Source of the DNA: Pseudomonadota bacterium
GTDB lineage: Bacteria > Pseudomonadota > Alphaproteobacteria > Rhizobiales > Beijerinckiaceae
NCBI GenBank assembly: GCA_023386155.1
Contig: JAEWKH010000066.1
Coordinates: 94,719-158,718, forward strand
Reading direction: 5' to 3'
DNA length: 64,000 nucleotides
A program made the position numbers and the translations under genes. The notes beneath the pieces are model-generated. The model saw only the letters and a program-made list of their open reading frames with translations, made no database searches and was not told where the DNA came from. Positions 54,825 through 64,000 of this stretch are shown here, in pieces (position 1 is the first letter of the stretch; the number at the start of each line of letters is the position of its first letter).

Positions 54825-55007
54825 ATGCCGCTGCAGAATCACCTGACGGAACTGGAACGGAAGCACCGCGCCCTCGAGCGCGAGATCCAGGACACGCTCA
54901 ACAGACCGTCGGCAGATGACATGAGGCTGGCAGAACTCAAGCGAAAGAAGCTTCAGCTTAAGGATGAGATTACAAGGCTGAGAAGCTCCGAATCGGCGTT
55001 GCACTAG
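54825..55007 (+). CDS. DUF465 (YdcH-like) small coiled-coil protein
   Basis: MPLQNHLTELERKHRALEREI...RLAELKRKKLQLKDEITRL. AGGAGG lies 7 nt upstream. Confidence 0.75.
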   Translation: MPLQNHLTELERKHRALEREIQDTLNRPSADDMRLAELKRKKLQLKDEITRLRSSESALH

Positions 55008-55084
55008 CCGAACGGTTCCTGAACATTTCCCACCTGAAGAAGCCGTCGCTTCCTCCCGGAAGTGGCGGCTTTTTCACGGGAATG

Positions 55085-55843
55085 TCAGAAAAGCGCGACC
55101 GCGCCGTCGTAGATGAGCTTGGCCCCGACGAGGACGAGCAGGACATAGACCACCGTGTAGAAGCTCTGGCCTGAGACGCGCCGCACGAGCAGGACGCCGG
55201 CCCAGGTCGACGCGATGGCCACCGGGAACAGGGCCCCGGCGGTCGCCATGTTCTCGGCCGTGAACTGCCCGAGCGCCAGATAAGGCGGCACCTTGATCCA
55301 ATTGACGAGCGCGAAGAGCACGGCGCCCGTACCGACGAAGATATCCCGCGGCAGCCGCTGGGGCATGACGTAGATCTGGAAGGGTGGCCCGCCCGCATGG
55401 GCGACCATGCTGGTGAAGCCCGTCACCCAGCCCCAGAAGATGCCGCGCGGCACATCGGCCGGGGCAGGCTTCGGCGGGGTTGCCCGGCGCTCCACCACCA
55501 TGCGGCGGATGGCGAAGGCCACGGAGATGATCCCGACTGCCAGCTTGACCGCCGCATCGGAAACCTGAGCCGCCAGCAGATAGCCCGTCACGATGCCCGA
55601 GACGGCGCCGGCCAGAAGGATGACCACGTTGCGCCGGTCCCAGGTGTGGCGATAGGCCCAGACCGACACCACGTCCTGGACGATCAGGATCGGCAGGGTG
55701 ATGGCGGCCGCCTGCACGGGCGAGGCCACGAGCGCCATCAGGGGCAGGGAGAGGGCGCCCAGGCCCGAGAAGCCGCCCTTGGCGAGCCCGAGCAGGATCA
55801 CCGCGGGAATGGCGGCGGCATAGAAGAGAGGGTCGGTAATCAC
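55085..55843 (-). CDS. TauE/SafE-family anion exporter membrane protein
   Basis: Polytopic. LGLAKGGFSGLGALSLPLM and VAHAGGPPFQIYV are typical of TauE/SafE. The start is uncertain (GTG at 55843, or GTG 27 nt upstream). Confidence 0.75.
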   Translation of the reverse strand: MITDPLFYAAAIPAVILLGLAKGGFSGLGALSLPLMALVASPVQAAAITLPILIVQDVVSVWAYRHTWDRRNVVILLAGAVSGIVTGYLLAAQVSDAAVKLAVGIISVAFAIRRMVVERRATPPKPAPADVPRGIFWGWVTGFTSMVAHAGGPPFQIYVMPQRLPRDIFVGTGAVLFALVNWIKVPPYLALGQFTAENMATAGALFPVAIASTWAGVLLVRRVSGQSFYTVVYVLLVLVGAKLIYDGAVALF

Positions 55844-55956
55844 GGAAGCACTCGCCGAAAGTCGACTCACCGAAAGTCGCCCCTGACCACGGCTTGGTGG
55901 CCTGCTACCACAGCAGGCGCTTGAAGTCTCATGCACGGAACGCAACGGGGAACGCC

Positions 55957-57870
55957 ATGCCATCAACCCAGAGCCGCTATCATGAGGTCTATGCCGGCTG
56001 GAAATCCGATCCTGTTCGCTTCTGGGAGACGGCGGCGCAGGAGATCGACTGGATCAAGCCCGCCGGGAATGTGTTCGATCCGGAAGCCGGCATCTACGGT
56101 CGCTGGTTCGTCGGCGCCGACTGCAACACCTGCTACAACGCCGTCGATCGGCACGTGGCCACCCGGGGCGACCAGGCGGCGATCATCTACGACAGCCCCG
56201 TCACGAACACGAAGCGCCGCATCACCTATGCGGAGCTGCAGGACGAGGTGGCGGCGCTCGCCGCCGTGCTGCAGGACATGGGGGTCACGAAGGGCGACCG
56301 CGTCGTCATCTACATGCCGATGATCCCCGAGACGAGCTTCGCGATGCTGGCCTGCGCCCGCATCGGGGCGATCCATTCGGTGGTCTTCGGCGGCTTCGCC
56401 GCGAAGGAACTCGCAACCCGCATCGACGACGCCAAGCCGAAGATCATCCTGTCCGCCTCCTGCGGCATCGAAGGGTCTCGCGTCATCCCCTACAAGAACC
56501 TGCTGGACGAGGCGATCGCGCTCTCCACGGCCAAGCCCGAGGCCTGCCTCCTCTTCCAGCGGCCGCAGCTCACCTGCGACCTCGGCGAGGGCCGCGACCG
56601 GGACTGGGCGAGCGCCGTCGCCGAGGCGAAAGCGCAAGGCCGCAAGGCGGAATGCGTGCCGGTGGCGGCGACCGATCCACTCTACGTGCTCTACACGTCC
56701 GGCACCACCGGCATCCCCAAGGGCGTGGTGCGCGACAATGGCGGCCATATGGTCGCGCTCAAATGGTCCATGGGCCATTTCTTCGGCGTGAAGCCGGGGG
56801 AAGTGTTCTGGGCGGCCTCCGACGTGGGCTGGGTGGTCGGCCATTCCTACATCGTCTACGCGCCGCTGCTGCACGGCTGCACGACCATCCTCTACGAGGG
56901 CAAGCCGGTGGGCACGCCCGATGCGGGCGCCTATTGGCGGGTGATCTCCGACCATGGGGTCGTGACCCTCTTCACGGCGCCCACGGCCTTCCGGGCCATC
57001 AAGAAGGAGGATCCGAAGGCAGAGCTCTTGAAGAAATATGACCTTTCCTCCTTCCGCGCCCTGTTCCTGGCGGGCGAGCGGGCCGATCCCGACACGGTCA
57101 AATGGGCCGAGGACATCCTCCGCGTGCCCGTCATCGACCATTGGTGGCAGACCGAGACCGGCTGGCCCGTGGCCGGCAACCCGCTCGGCCTCGGCGCGCT
57201 TCCCGTCAAGCATGGCTCGCCCACGGTGCCGATGCCGGGCTACACCCTCGAGGTGCTGGACGAGGGCGGCAAGCCGGTCGCTCCCAACACGATGGGGGCC
57301 ATCGTCATCAAGCTGCCGCTGCCGCCCGGGGCCCTGCCGACCCTGTGGCAGGCGGACGAGCGCTTCCGGGAATCGTACCTGTCCGTCTATCCCGGCTACT
57401 ACAACACCTCGGATGCAGGATATCTCGACGAGGACGGCTATATCTGGGTCATGGGCCGCACGGACGACATCATCAACGTCGCGGGCCATCGCCTCTCGAC
57501 GGGCGGCATGGAGGAGGTCCTGGCCTCGCACCCGGCGGTGGCGGAATGCGCCGTCATCGGCATGAAGGATTCGCTCAAGGGCGAGGTGCCGTGCGGCTTC
57601 GTGGTGCTCAAATCCGGCATCGACCGGCTGCCGGAGGAGATCGAGGCGGAACTCGTGGCCCTGGTGCGCGAGAAGATCGGCCCCGTGGCGGCCTTCAAGC
57701 TGGCGATCACCGTCGCCCGCCTGCCCAAGACCCGCTCGGGCAAGATCCTGCGCGGCACCATGAAGAAGATCGCCGACGGCGATCCATGGTCGACGCCCGC
57801 CACCATCGACGATCCTGTGATCCTGTCCGAAATCGGAGACGTGCTGCGGACGAGGGGGCTTTCCGGCTGA
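55957..57870 (+). CDS. prpE: propionate--CoA ligase-like acyl-CoA synthetase (ACS/PrpE family)
   Basis: YHEVYAGWKSDPVRFWETAAQEIDWIKP...CYNAVDRHV, YTSGTTGIPKGV, YYNTSDAGYLDEDGY and PKTRSGKILR. ATG at 55957 is preferred. Confidence 0.75.
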   Translation: MPSTQSRYHEVYAGWKSDPVRFWETAAQEIDWIKPAGNVFDPEAGIYGRWFVGADCNTCYNAVDRHVATRGDQAAIIYDSPVTNTKRRITYAELQDEVAALAAVLQDMGVTKGDRVVIYMPMIPETSFAMLACARIGAIHSVVFGGFAAKELATRIDDAKPKIILSASCGIEGSRVIPYKNLLDEAIALSTAKPEACLLFQRPQLTCDLGEGRDRDWASAVAEAKAQGRKAECVPVAATDPLYVLYTSGTTGIPKGVVRDNGGHMVALKWSMGHFFGVKPGEVFWAASDVGWVVGHSYIVYAPLLHGCTTILYEGKPVGTPDAGAYWRVISDHGVVTLFTAPTAFRAIKKEDPKAELLKKYDLSSFRALFLAGERADPDTVKWAEDILRVPVIDHWWQTETGWPVAGNPLGLGALPVKHGSPTVPMPGYTLEVLDEGGKPVAPNTMGAIVIKLPLPPGALPTLWQADERFRESYLSVYPGYYNTSDAGYLDEDGYIWVMGRTDDIINVAGHRLSTGGMEEVLASHPAVAECAVIGMKDSLKGEVPCGFVVLKSGIDRLPEEIEAELVALVREKIGPVAAFKLAITVARLPKTRSGKILRGTMKKIADGDPWSTPATIDDPVILSEIGDVLRTRGLSG

Positions 57871-57953
57871 AAAAGGGCTCAACGAAGCCCGAAGAGGACG
57901 CGCAGGCCCGCAAGCCACGCTGGCGACAGACGTGAGTCCGCGGCCGTTGAAGC

Positions 57954-57983
57954 AAAAAGGCCCGGAGCGATCCGGGCCTTTTC
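57954..57983. terminator. bidirectional intrinsic terminator
   Basis: AAAAAGGCCCGGA-GCGA-TCCGGGCCTTTT between convergent genes. Confidence 0.7.
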
Positions 57984-57992
57984 TCGTAAAAC

Positions 57993-58709
57993 TTATTCCT
58001 CGTCTTCGTCGTCGCGCTTGAGCTGCTTGAGCTTGGCGAAGACCGAGTTGACGTCGATGTTCTCTTCCTGGGCCGGCTTCGGGCGGCTCATGTCGGCGAA
58101 GGGATCGACCGGCTCGGAAGCCGTGGAGATTTCCGCCGGCATCAGGGTGCCGCCGTGCTCCTGCGGCTCGACCTGCGGACGGTCCTTGGCGGCGCGCTGC
58201 ACCTCGAAATCGAGATCGATCTGCGAGCACAGGCCGAGCGTCACCGGGTCCATGGGCGAAAGGCTGGCGGAGTTCCAGTGCGTGCGGTCGCGGACCTGCT
58301 GGATCGTCGTCTTGGTGGTGCCGACCAGGCGCATGATCTGCGCGTCCTTCAGCTCGGGATGGTTGCGCACGAGCCAGAGGATCGCGTTCGGGCGGTCGTG
58401 GCGGCGCGACACCGGGGTATAGCGCGGCCCCTTCTTGACCCGCTTCTGCTCCGGCAGCTTCACCCGCGACTCGGCGAGCCGGAGGTGATGGCTCGGATCC
58501 TTCTGGGCCTTCTCGATCTCCTCACGGGTCAGCTGGCCCGTGGTCACCGGGTCGAGGCCCTTGATGCCGGCCGCGACCTCGCCGTCGGCAATGCCCTTCA
58601 CCTCGAGCGGGTGCAGCTTGCAGAAATCGGCGATCTGGTCGAACGACAGCGATGTATTCTCGACAAGCCAGACGGCTGTCGCCTTCGGCATCAATGGTCC
58701 CTGGGACAT
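57993..58709 (-). CDS. DUF1013 protein (Caulobacter TrcR-like cell-cycle regulator family)
   Basis: PLMPKATAVWLVENTSLSFDQIADFCKLHPLEVKGIADGEVAAGIKGLDP...GQLTREEIE. Confidence 0.8.
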   Translation of the reverse strand: MSQGPLMPKATAVWLVENTSLSFDQIADFCKLHPLEVKGIADGEVAAGIKGLDPVTTGQLTREEIEKAQKDPSHHLRLAESRVKLPEQKRVKKGPRYTPVSRRHDRPNAILWLVRNHPELKDAQIMRLVGTTKTTIQQVRDRTHWNSASLSPMDPVTLGLCSQIDLDFEVQRAAKDRPQVEPQEHGGTLMPAEISTASEPVDPFADMSRPKPAQEENIDVNSVFAKLKQLKRDDEDEE

Positions 58710-58866
58710 GTAGGTGAACCTCCTTCAGGCCGGGCGCCGGAAGCTCGGCGCCGCACGGCAAAACTCTCTCGCGCTCCGAACCGGCCCGGACCGGAGCATC
58801 TCGTCTCACGATGTGAGGGAAACGAGATGATTATAGGGATCGTGCCGGGATGTTGCAAATTTTAGA

Positions 58867-58907
58867 GCGTCGAACCCGAAAGTGCTGCCCAGTTTCAGGT
58901 TCGACGC
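58867..58907 (-). terminator. hairpin just downstream of the oxidoreductase gene; its loop sequence resembles module 2 of the 110-bp repeat
   Basis: GCGTCGAACC-CGAAAGTGCTGCCCAGTTTCAG-GGTTCGACGC. On the minus strand it is followed by an A/T-rich stretch. It shares CCCGAAAGTG with repeat copy A. Confidence 0.4.
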
Positions 58908-58913
58908 GATGGG

Positions 58914-59912
58914 TTACAGGGTGAGAACGATCTTGCCGACATGCTGGCCGCCGTCCATGCGGGCATGGGCCTTGGCCACGTCCTCGAAGGCGAAGGTCGA
59001 ATCCATCACCGGCCGGCACCGGCCCTGCTCCAGCAGCGGCCAGACCTTTTCTTCGAGCGCCTCGGCGATCTCGGCCTTCTCGGCCGGCGAGCGCGGGCGC
59101 AGGGTCGAACCCGTATGGGTGAGCCGCTTGACCATCAGGCGGCGGAAGTCGACCTCGGCCTTCGGGCCCTGGAGGAAGGCGATCTGCACGATCCTGCCGT
59201 CCTGGGCGGCCGCGTCGTAGTTGCGGGCGATGTAGTCACCGCCGACCATGTCGAGGATCAAGTCCACGCCCCGGCCGCCGGTGGCCTCCTTGGCGGCCGC
59301 CACGAAGTCCTGGTTCCGGTAATTGATCGCGACATCGGCGCCGAGCCGTAGGCAGGCGTCGCATTTCCCGTCGGATCCGGCCGTGGCGATCACCGTGGCG
59401 CCGAAGGCCTTGGCGAGCTGGATCGCCGTGGTGCCGATGCCGGAGGTTCCCCCATGGACGAGGAACGTCTCGCCCGGCTGGAGGCGCCCCCGGTCGAACA
59501 CGTTGGTCCAGACGGTGAAATAGGTTTCCGGGATCGCGCCCGCCTCCTCGAAGGACAGGCCTGCGGGAATGGGAAGGGCGTTGCTTTCATGGGCGACGGC
59601 GTAATCCGCGTAGCCGCCGCCCGGCACCAGGGCCATGACCGGCGTGCCGATGGAGAATCGTGTGGCGTTCGGCCCGGCGGCCGCCACCTCGCCGGCGATC
59701 TCGAGACCGAGGATGTCCGGGGCGCCGGGCGGCGGCGGATAGCCGCCCTGCCGCTGGATCACGTCCGGGCGGTTCACGCCCGCGACCTTCACCTTGACCA
59801 GGATCTCGCCCTCCCTGGGCGTGGGAATCGGGCGCTGGACGAGCTTGAGAACCTCCGGCCCGCCGCTTCCCTCGGCAACGACGGCGCGCATCATGTCCGG
59901 GCTCTGCCCCAT
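58914..59912 (-). CDS. NAD(P)H:quinone oxidoreductase (medium-chain dehydrogenase/reductase, Qor-like)
   Basis: VKVKVAGVNRPDVIQRQGGYPPPPGAPDILGLEIAGEV and the Rossmann motif LVHGGTSGIGTTAIQLAK. Confidence 0.85.
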   Translation of the reverse strand: MGQSPDMMRAVVAEGSGGPEVLKLVQRPIPTPREGEILVKVKVAGVNRPDVIQRQGGYPPPPGAPDILGLEIAGEVAAAGPNATRFSIGTPVMALVPGGGYADYAVAHESNALPIPAGLSFEEAGAIPETYFTVWTNVFDRGRLQPGETFLVHGGTSGIGTTAIQLAKAFGATVIATAGSDGKCDACLRLGADVAINYRNQDFVAAAKEATGGRGVDLILDMVGGDYIARNYDAAAQDGRIVQIAFLQGPKAEVDFRRLMVKRLTHTGSTLRPRSPAEKAEIAEALEEKVWPLLEQGRCRPVMDSTFAFEDVAKAHARMDGGQHVGKIVLTL

Positions 59913-60013
59913 TTTTCCCTCCTTTGGTCAACAAGTTCAGGAGATATAGGCTCCGTTGGCAAGGAATACATGCCGGAATAACCTTGATGACCACCCGTTG
60001 AGAGGAGAATGCC

Positions 60014-60220
60014 ATGGCCCTCGATCCCTTTACCGATGAACCGCGCCAGATCATGAGCAGGCACGAGATCGGCCAGGATCTCTCGATGCTGTCCATCGAC
60101 GAGCTCGATGAGCGCATCGACATGCTGGAACAGGAGATCGCCCGCCTCAAGGAGGCGAGGGCCCGGAAGGAGAACTCCCGCGCGGCCGCGAGCGCCTTCT
60201 TCAAGCTCGGCCAGGGCTGA
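60014..60220 (+). CDS. DUF1192 small protein
   Basis: DLSMLSIDELDERIDMLEQEIARLKEARARKENSRAAASAFF. Confidence 0.7.
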   Translation: MALDPFTDEPRQIMSRHEIGQDLSMLSIDELDERIDMLEQEIARLKEARARKENSRAAASAFFKLGQG

Positions 60221-60499
60221 CGCGACTGTAACGAAGAAACGTTCTTAACGGTGTGTTTACCATTCTCCGATAGAAGCGAGGGCATCCGGGCTTCTCCCTG
60301 GATGCCGAGTGGCTTTGGAGCCCACTCTGTTTGACGCTTCCCTGTTAGACTTGAAGAGCCGCCTCGCGCGGCTCGATTTTTATCGATTTCGGCTTAACCT
60401 TAAGAAGAGGTTACCGAGGCAAGTCCGGACGGACCGTCTATAATCCTCTCAACAGTTCAAGCCTCCGCCGTTTCCGCGCGGGGGCCGGTTTTTTGGGAG

Positions 60500-61036
60500 A
60501 TGTGCGTGAGCGAACCCGACGTGATCCAGCTCGATGTCGATCCTGTCCGGTTCGGGCAGAGCTTCGTGGGGTCCGAGGCCTTCAGGGCCCTCTTCCAGGA
60601 GGGCATGGAGCTCATCGAGGAGACGGCCGCCTATCTCGACGGGCCGGGCCGCGAGGAATCCCGCACCCTGCCGCGTCAGACAAGCCTCGTCTATGCCAGC
60701 GAGAGCATGCGGCTCACCACCCGGCTGATGCAGATCGCCTCCTGGCTGCTGCTGCAGCGGGCCGTGGCGGAGGGGGAGATATCCTCCGATCAGGCGCAGC
60801 TGGAGAAGAACCGCGTCCGCCTGAACTCGGCGGATTCCGCGACGACGATTGCGGAATACGAGTCGCTTCCCGCCCGCCTGCGGGAGCTGATGGGCCTCGC
60901 AACCCGGCTCCACGCCCGGATCCTGCATCTCGAGCGCCTCATCTCCGAGGCAGGCCTGCCGGATCGCCCCTCGTCTCCCAACCCGGTCGCCACCCAGCTC
61001 GGCATGCTGCAACGGGCTTTCGGGGCCGCCGAGTAA
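60500..61036 (+). CDS. DUF1465 protein (Caulobacter RcdA-like protease adaptor family)
   Basis: FRALFQEGMELIEETAAYLDGPGREESRTL...MRLTTRLMQIASWLLLQRAV. Confidence 0.7.
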   Translation: MCVSEPDVIQLDVDPVRFGQSFVGSEAFRALFQEGMELIEETAAYLDGPGREESRTLPRQTSLVYASESMRLTTRLMQIASWLLLQRAVAEGEISSDQAQLEKNRVRLNSADSATTIAEYESLPARLRELMGLATRLHARILHLERLISEAGLPDRPSSPNPVATQLGMLQRAFGAAE

Positions 61037-61083
61037 GGAGTGTTCCGTGGCATCCCGGCATCGCCGGGATGCGCGCGAGCAGC

Positions 61084-61110
61084 AAAAAGCCCCGCCGAAG
61101 CGGGGCTTTT
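61084..61110. terminator. bidirectional intrinsic terminator
   Basis: AAAAAGCCCCGC-CGAA-GCGGGGCTTTT between convergent genes. Confidence 0.75.
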
Positions 61111-61143
61111 GCATTCCGTCAGAAATAACCGGCGCAGCGCCGA

Positions 61144-61383
61144 TTACTTCTTGCCGCCGAGGCCCAGGCCGCCGAACTTCGAGTTGAAGCGCGACACGCG
61201 GCCGCCGCGGTCGAGCAGCTGCTGCGAACCGCCGGTCCAGGCCGGGTGGGTGTTCGGATCGATGTCGAGGTTGAGGGTGTCGCCCTCTTTGCCGTAGGTC
61301 GAGCGGGTGGTGTACTCGGTGCCGTTGGTCATGACCACTTTGATGAAGTGGTAATCGGGGTGATCGGTTTCTTTGCGAGCCAT
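61144..61383 (-). CDS. rpmE: 50S ribosomal protein L31
   Basis: [65 protein letters not shown]. The ATG at 61383 has GAAGGA 8 nt upstream. Confidence 0.9.
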   Translation of the reverse strand: MARKETDHPDYHFIKVVMTNGTEYTTRSTYGKEGDTLNLDIDPNTHPAWTGGSQQLLDRGGRVSRFNSKFGGLGLGGKK

Positions 61384-61640
61384 TGCCATAGTCCTTCTTG
61401 CGGCCAGCCAAGTCTGGGCAGCCCGCAATGTTGAGATCGAGCCTGAATTGATGAATGCGCGCCTATACCTCACTTAAGGCCTTGAAACAAGACGGGGCAA
61501 AGGTGCTAAACCGCTCCGGAGCGCTTTTCGGCAGAGTGAGGCCGTTTCGCCGTTGAAAATTGAGGCAGCTCAAAAGAAAAAGGCTGTTTCCATGTCAATG
61601 GAGACAGCTCGATCCGTGGTTTCCGTCAACGAAGGCTGAC

Positions 61641-63440
61641 ATGGCCGAATTGCCCTCTGCCCACCCCCGCCCCAAGGCTGCGCTCAGCGCCCTGAAGCCG
61701 CTCATTCCCTACGGCCTGGCCTACAAGGGCCGGATCGCGGCGGCGCTGCTGGCCCTGGGGCTGGCATCCGCGGCCACGCTCGTCGTGCCCATCGCCGTGC
61801 GCCGGGTCATCGATTTCGGCTTCTCGGAGCAGGGCAGGACCTACATCAACGCCTATTTCGTCCTCCTGATCGTGGTGGTGGGCGTGCTGGCCCTGGCGAG
61901 CGCCCTTCGCTATTACTGCGTCATCACGCTCGGGGAGCGGGTGGTGGCGGATCTGCGCTCCGCTGTGTTCCGGCACCTGACCACCCTCGATCCGGCCTTC
62001 TTCGACCAGACGAGGAGCGGCGAGATCGTCTCCCGGCTGACCGCCGACACCACCCAGGTCAAGGCGGCCTTCGGGGTCAGTATCTCGATCGCCCTGCGCA
62101 ACCTCTTTCTTTTCGTGGGCGCGACGGTTCTGATGATCATCACGAGTCCGAAGCTCTCGGCCCTCGTGCTCCTCGCCATTCCGGTCATCGTCCTGCCCCT
62201 GGTCTTTTCCGGCCGCGCCGTGCGGCGCCGCTCCCGGGCGGCGCAGGACAGGCTCGCCGACGCCTCGGCCTATGCGGCGGAGGCCGTCGGGGCGGTGCGG
62301 ACCATGCAGGCCTTCGGCATGGAAAGCCTCACCGCCTCCCACTTCGCCGCGGCCGCGGAGGAGGCCTTCGGCGCAGCCCGGCTCTCCACCATCATGCGGG
62401 CCTTCCTGACCGGCGCGGGCATCTTCCTGGTCTCGGCGAGCGTGGTGGGAGTTCTCTGGTACGGCGCGCAGGACGTCCTCGCCGGGGAGATGACCGGCGG
62501 GCGCCTGTCGCAGTTCGTCCTCTACGCGGTCTTCGCCGCAAGCTCGCTCGGCCAGCTCTCGGAGGTCTACGGCGAACTCGCCCAGGCGGCGGGTGCGGCG
62601 GAGCGCCTGGGCGAGATCCTCGCGGCCAAGCCCGCCGTGGAGCGGCCGCGCAACCCCACGCCGCTGCCGGAGCCGCCGCTCGGGACAATGGCCTTCGAGG
62701 GCGTGCATTTCTCCTATCCGACCCGCGCCGACCAGCGCGCGGTCCACGGTCTCAGCTTCGCGGTGAGATCCGGCGAGCGGGTCGCCATCGTCGGGCCCTC
62801 GGGGGCCGGCAAGAGCACGATCCTGCAGCTGCTGCTGCGCTTCTACGATCCGCAGAGCGGCACGATCCGGGTCGATGGGATCGCCATCCAGGAGGCGGAT
62901 CCCTTCGCCCTGCGGGCCCGCATGGCCCTCGTGCCCCAGGAGCCGACGATCTTCGCGGCATCCGTCCTCGACAACATCCGCTACGGCCGTCCGGAGGCCG
63001 GCGAGGACGAGGTGCGCCGCGCCGCCGAGCTCGCCTCCGCGGACGGCTTCATCCAGGCCCTGCCGGAGGGCTACCGGACGATGATCGGCGAGCGTGGCGT
63101 GACCCTCTCGGGCGGCCAGCGCCAGCGCCTGGCCATTGCCCGGGCCATCCTGAAGGATGCCCCGATCCTGCTCCTCGACGAGGCGACCTCGGCGCTGGAC
63201 GCGGAAAGCGAGCGCAAGGTCCAGGCCGCCCTCGACCACCTGATGGAAGGCCGCACCACCCTGGTCATCGCCCATCGCCTCGCCACCGTGCGCTCCGCCG
63301 ACCGCATCCTGGTCATGGACAAGGGCGTCATCGCGGAGGAGGGCACGCACGAATCCCTGCTCGCCCAGGGCGGCCTCTACGCCCGCCTCGCTCGCCTGCA
63401 GTTCACGAGCGCCCAGGAGCACAGCGAGGCAGCGGAGTAA
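61641..63440 (+). CDS. ABC exporter, fused six-TM permease and ATP-binding domain (MsbA/ATM1-like)
   Basis: Walker A GPSGAGKST, signature LSGGQRQRLAIARA, Walker B ILLLDEATSALD. ATG at 61641 is preferred. Confidence 0.9.
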   Translation: MAELPSAHPRPKAALSALKPLIPYGLAYKGRIAAALLALGLASAATLVVPIAVRRVIDFGFSEQGRTYINAYFVLLIVVVGVLALASALRYYCVITLGERVVADLRSAVFRHLTTLDPAFFDQTRSGEIVSRLTADTTQVKAAFGVSISIALRNLFLFVGATVLMIITSPKLSALVLLAIPVIVLPLVFSGRAVRRRSRAAQDRLADASAYAAEAVGAVRTMQAFGMESLTASHFAAAAEEAFGAARLSTIMRAFLTGAGIFLVSASVVGVLWYGAQDVLAGEMTGGRLSQFVLYAVFAASSLGQLSEVYGELAQAAGAAERLGEILAAKPAVERPRNPTPLPEPPLGTMAFEGVHFSYPTRADQRAVHGLSFAVRSGERVAIVGPSGAGKSTILQLLLRFYDPQSGTIRVDGIAIQEADPFALRARMALVPQEPTIFAASVLDNIRYGRPEAGEDEVRRAAELASADGFIQALPEGYRTMIGERGVTLSGGQRQRLAIARAILKDAPILLLDEATSALDAESERKVQAALDHLMEGRTTLVIAHRLATVRSADRILVMDKGVIAEEGTHESLLAQGGLYARLARLQFTSAQEHSEAAE

Positions 63441-63490
63441 GTTCTCCGGCCGACCCATGTTTGCCACGCTTTCGTGAGAGACAGGACGGG

Positions 63491-63694
63491 ATGGACGATT
63501 CGCCCCGCCGGGAGGAGGGCATGGTGGTCAGCAGGCGGCATCCTCAGGATTCCCCGCGCATCAACATCCTTGAGCCGTGGGATCTCCAGTACTGGTCGGA
63601 CCGCTGGAACGTGCCGCGCCAGCAGGTCGTGAACGCCATCCGCCGCGTCGGCGATCAGGTCCAGGATGTCGCGCAGGCCCTGGGGAAGGGCTGA
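63491..63694 (+). CDS. DUF3606 small protein
   Basis: INILEPWDLQYWSDRWNVPRQQVVNAIRRVGDQVQDVAQAL. Confidence 0.6.
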   Translation: MDDSPRREEGMVVSRRHPQDSPRINILEPWDLQYWSDRWNVPRQQVVNAIRRVGDQVQDVAQALGKG

Positions 63695-63754
63695 GCGGAA
63701 AACCCTGCCGCTTGCCGTTCGGTCATGCCTGGCATGGCAGAGTCCTTGTGATAG

Positions 63755-64000
<246 letters not shown>

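Noticed and set aside
55855-55879. Tandem direct repeat CCGAAAGTCG (55855-55864 and 55870-55879) in the TauE/prpE divergent region
   Set aside because: It is only two short copies, which may lie inside the TauE coding sequence depending on the true start. That is too little to call an operator.
60246-60262. CtrA-box-like sequence TTAACGGTGTGTTTACC upstream of the RcdA-like gene
   Set aside because: It has one mismatch to TTAA-N7-TTAAC and lies about 240 bp from the start codon. Near-matches of this length are expected by chance.
36069-63467. Many long ORFs antisense to or overlapping the annotated core genes: 36069-37472, 37114-38652, 39033-40988, 40808-43621 (937 aa), 44427-45728, 46166-47362, 47822-49252, 50558-52156, 52398-54065, 55963-58230 and 61626-63467
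   Set aside because: High-GC DNA keeps antisense frames open. All of these translate to Arg/Gly/Pro/Ala/His-rich sequences without motifs, whereas the opposite strand or frame encodes unmistakable conserved proteins (PepF, PntAB, PurEK, PrpE-like, ABC exporter and so on).

Overview
Composite window. Positions 1 to about 35,765 are accessory DNA with lower GC (my hand counts of single 60-nt lines gave roughly 47-57% GC). From about 35,765 onward the sequence is high-GC (roughly 63-78% in sampled lines) alphaproteobacterial core: pntAA-pntAB-pntB, purE-purK, rpsU, rpmE, pepF, an ldtD/mepK-like pair, DUF1013/TrcR-like and DUF1465/RcdA-like genes. The accessory part has five sections. (1) 1-12,040: a biosynthetic-looking cluster with an aaRS-like amino-acid:carrier-protein ligase (edge-truncated and missing from the ORF track), a sulfotransferase, CysQ, a stand-alone adenylating enzyme, a carrier-protein/condensation didomain, PabC-like and fused PabAB genes, and an ABC-2 exporter. 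(2) 12,094-15,281: an IS6-type transposase remnant, a diaminopropionate-ammonia-lyase-like PLP enzyme and an AT-rich orphan gene. (3) 15,567-17,873: small cargo genes, including an extra plsY. (4) About 18-31 kb: a dense defence island. It holds a translationally coupled cyclase / E2-like / cNMP-binding-TIR-like operon (Pycsar-like, but with an extra ubiquitin-conjugation-like gene), a divergent XRE plus ImmA/IrrE pair (CapH/CapP-like), an AbiH-like gene, a PIN-like gene, and a four-gene ABC-3C-type operon. (5) 31.7-35.7 kb: a backbone-like module (AAA+ ATPase, ParA-like, HTH, GapR/DUF2312). The island/core junction cuts the resident gapR gene at about codon 26, while the island carries its own intact gapR in the opposite orientation. 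The core part contains three full copies, and possibly one partial copy, of a roughly 110-bp structured intergenic repeat. Each full copy sits directly at the 5' end of the downstream gene. I recognised no rRNA, tRNA or CRISPR array. All family assignments come from motif recognition by eye. No database search was run.
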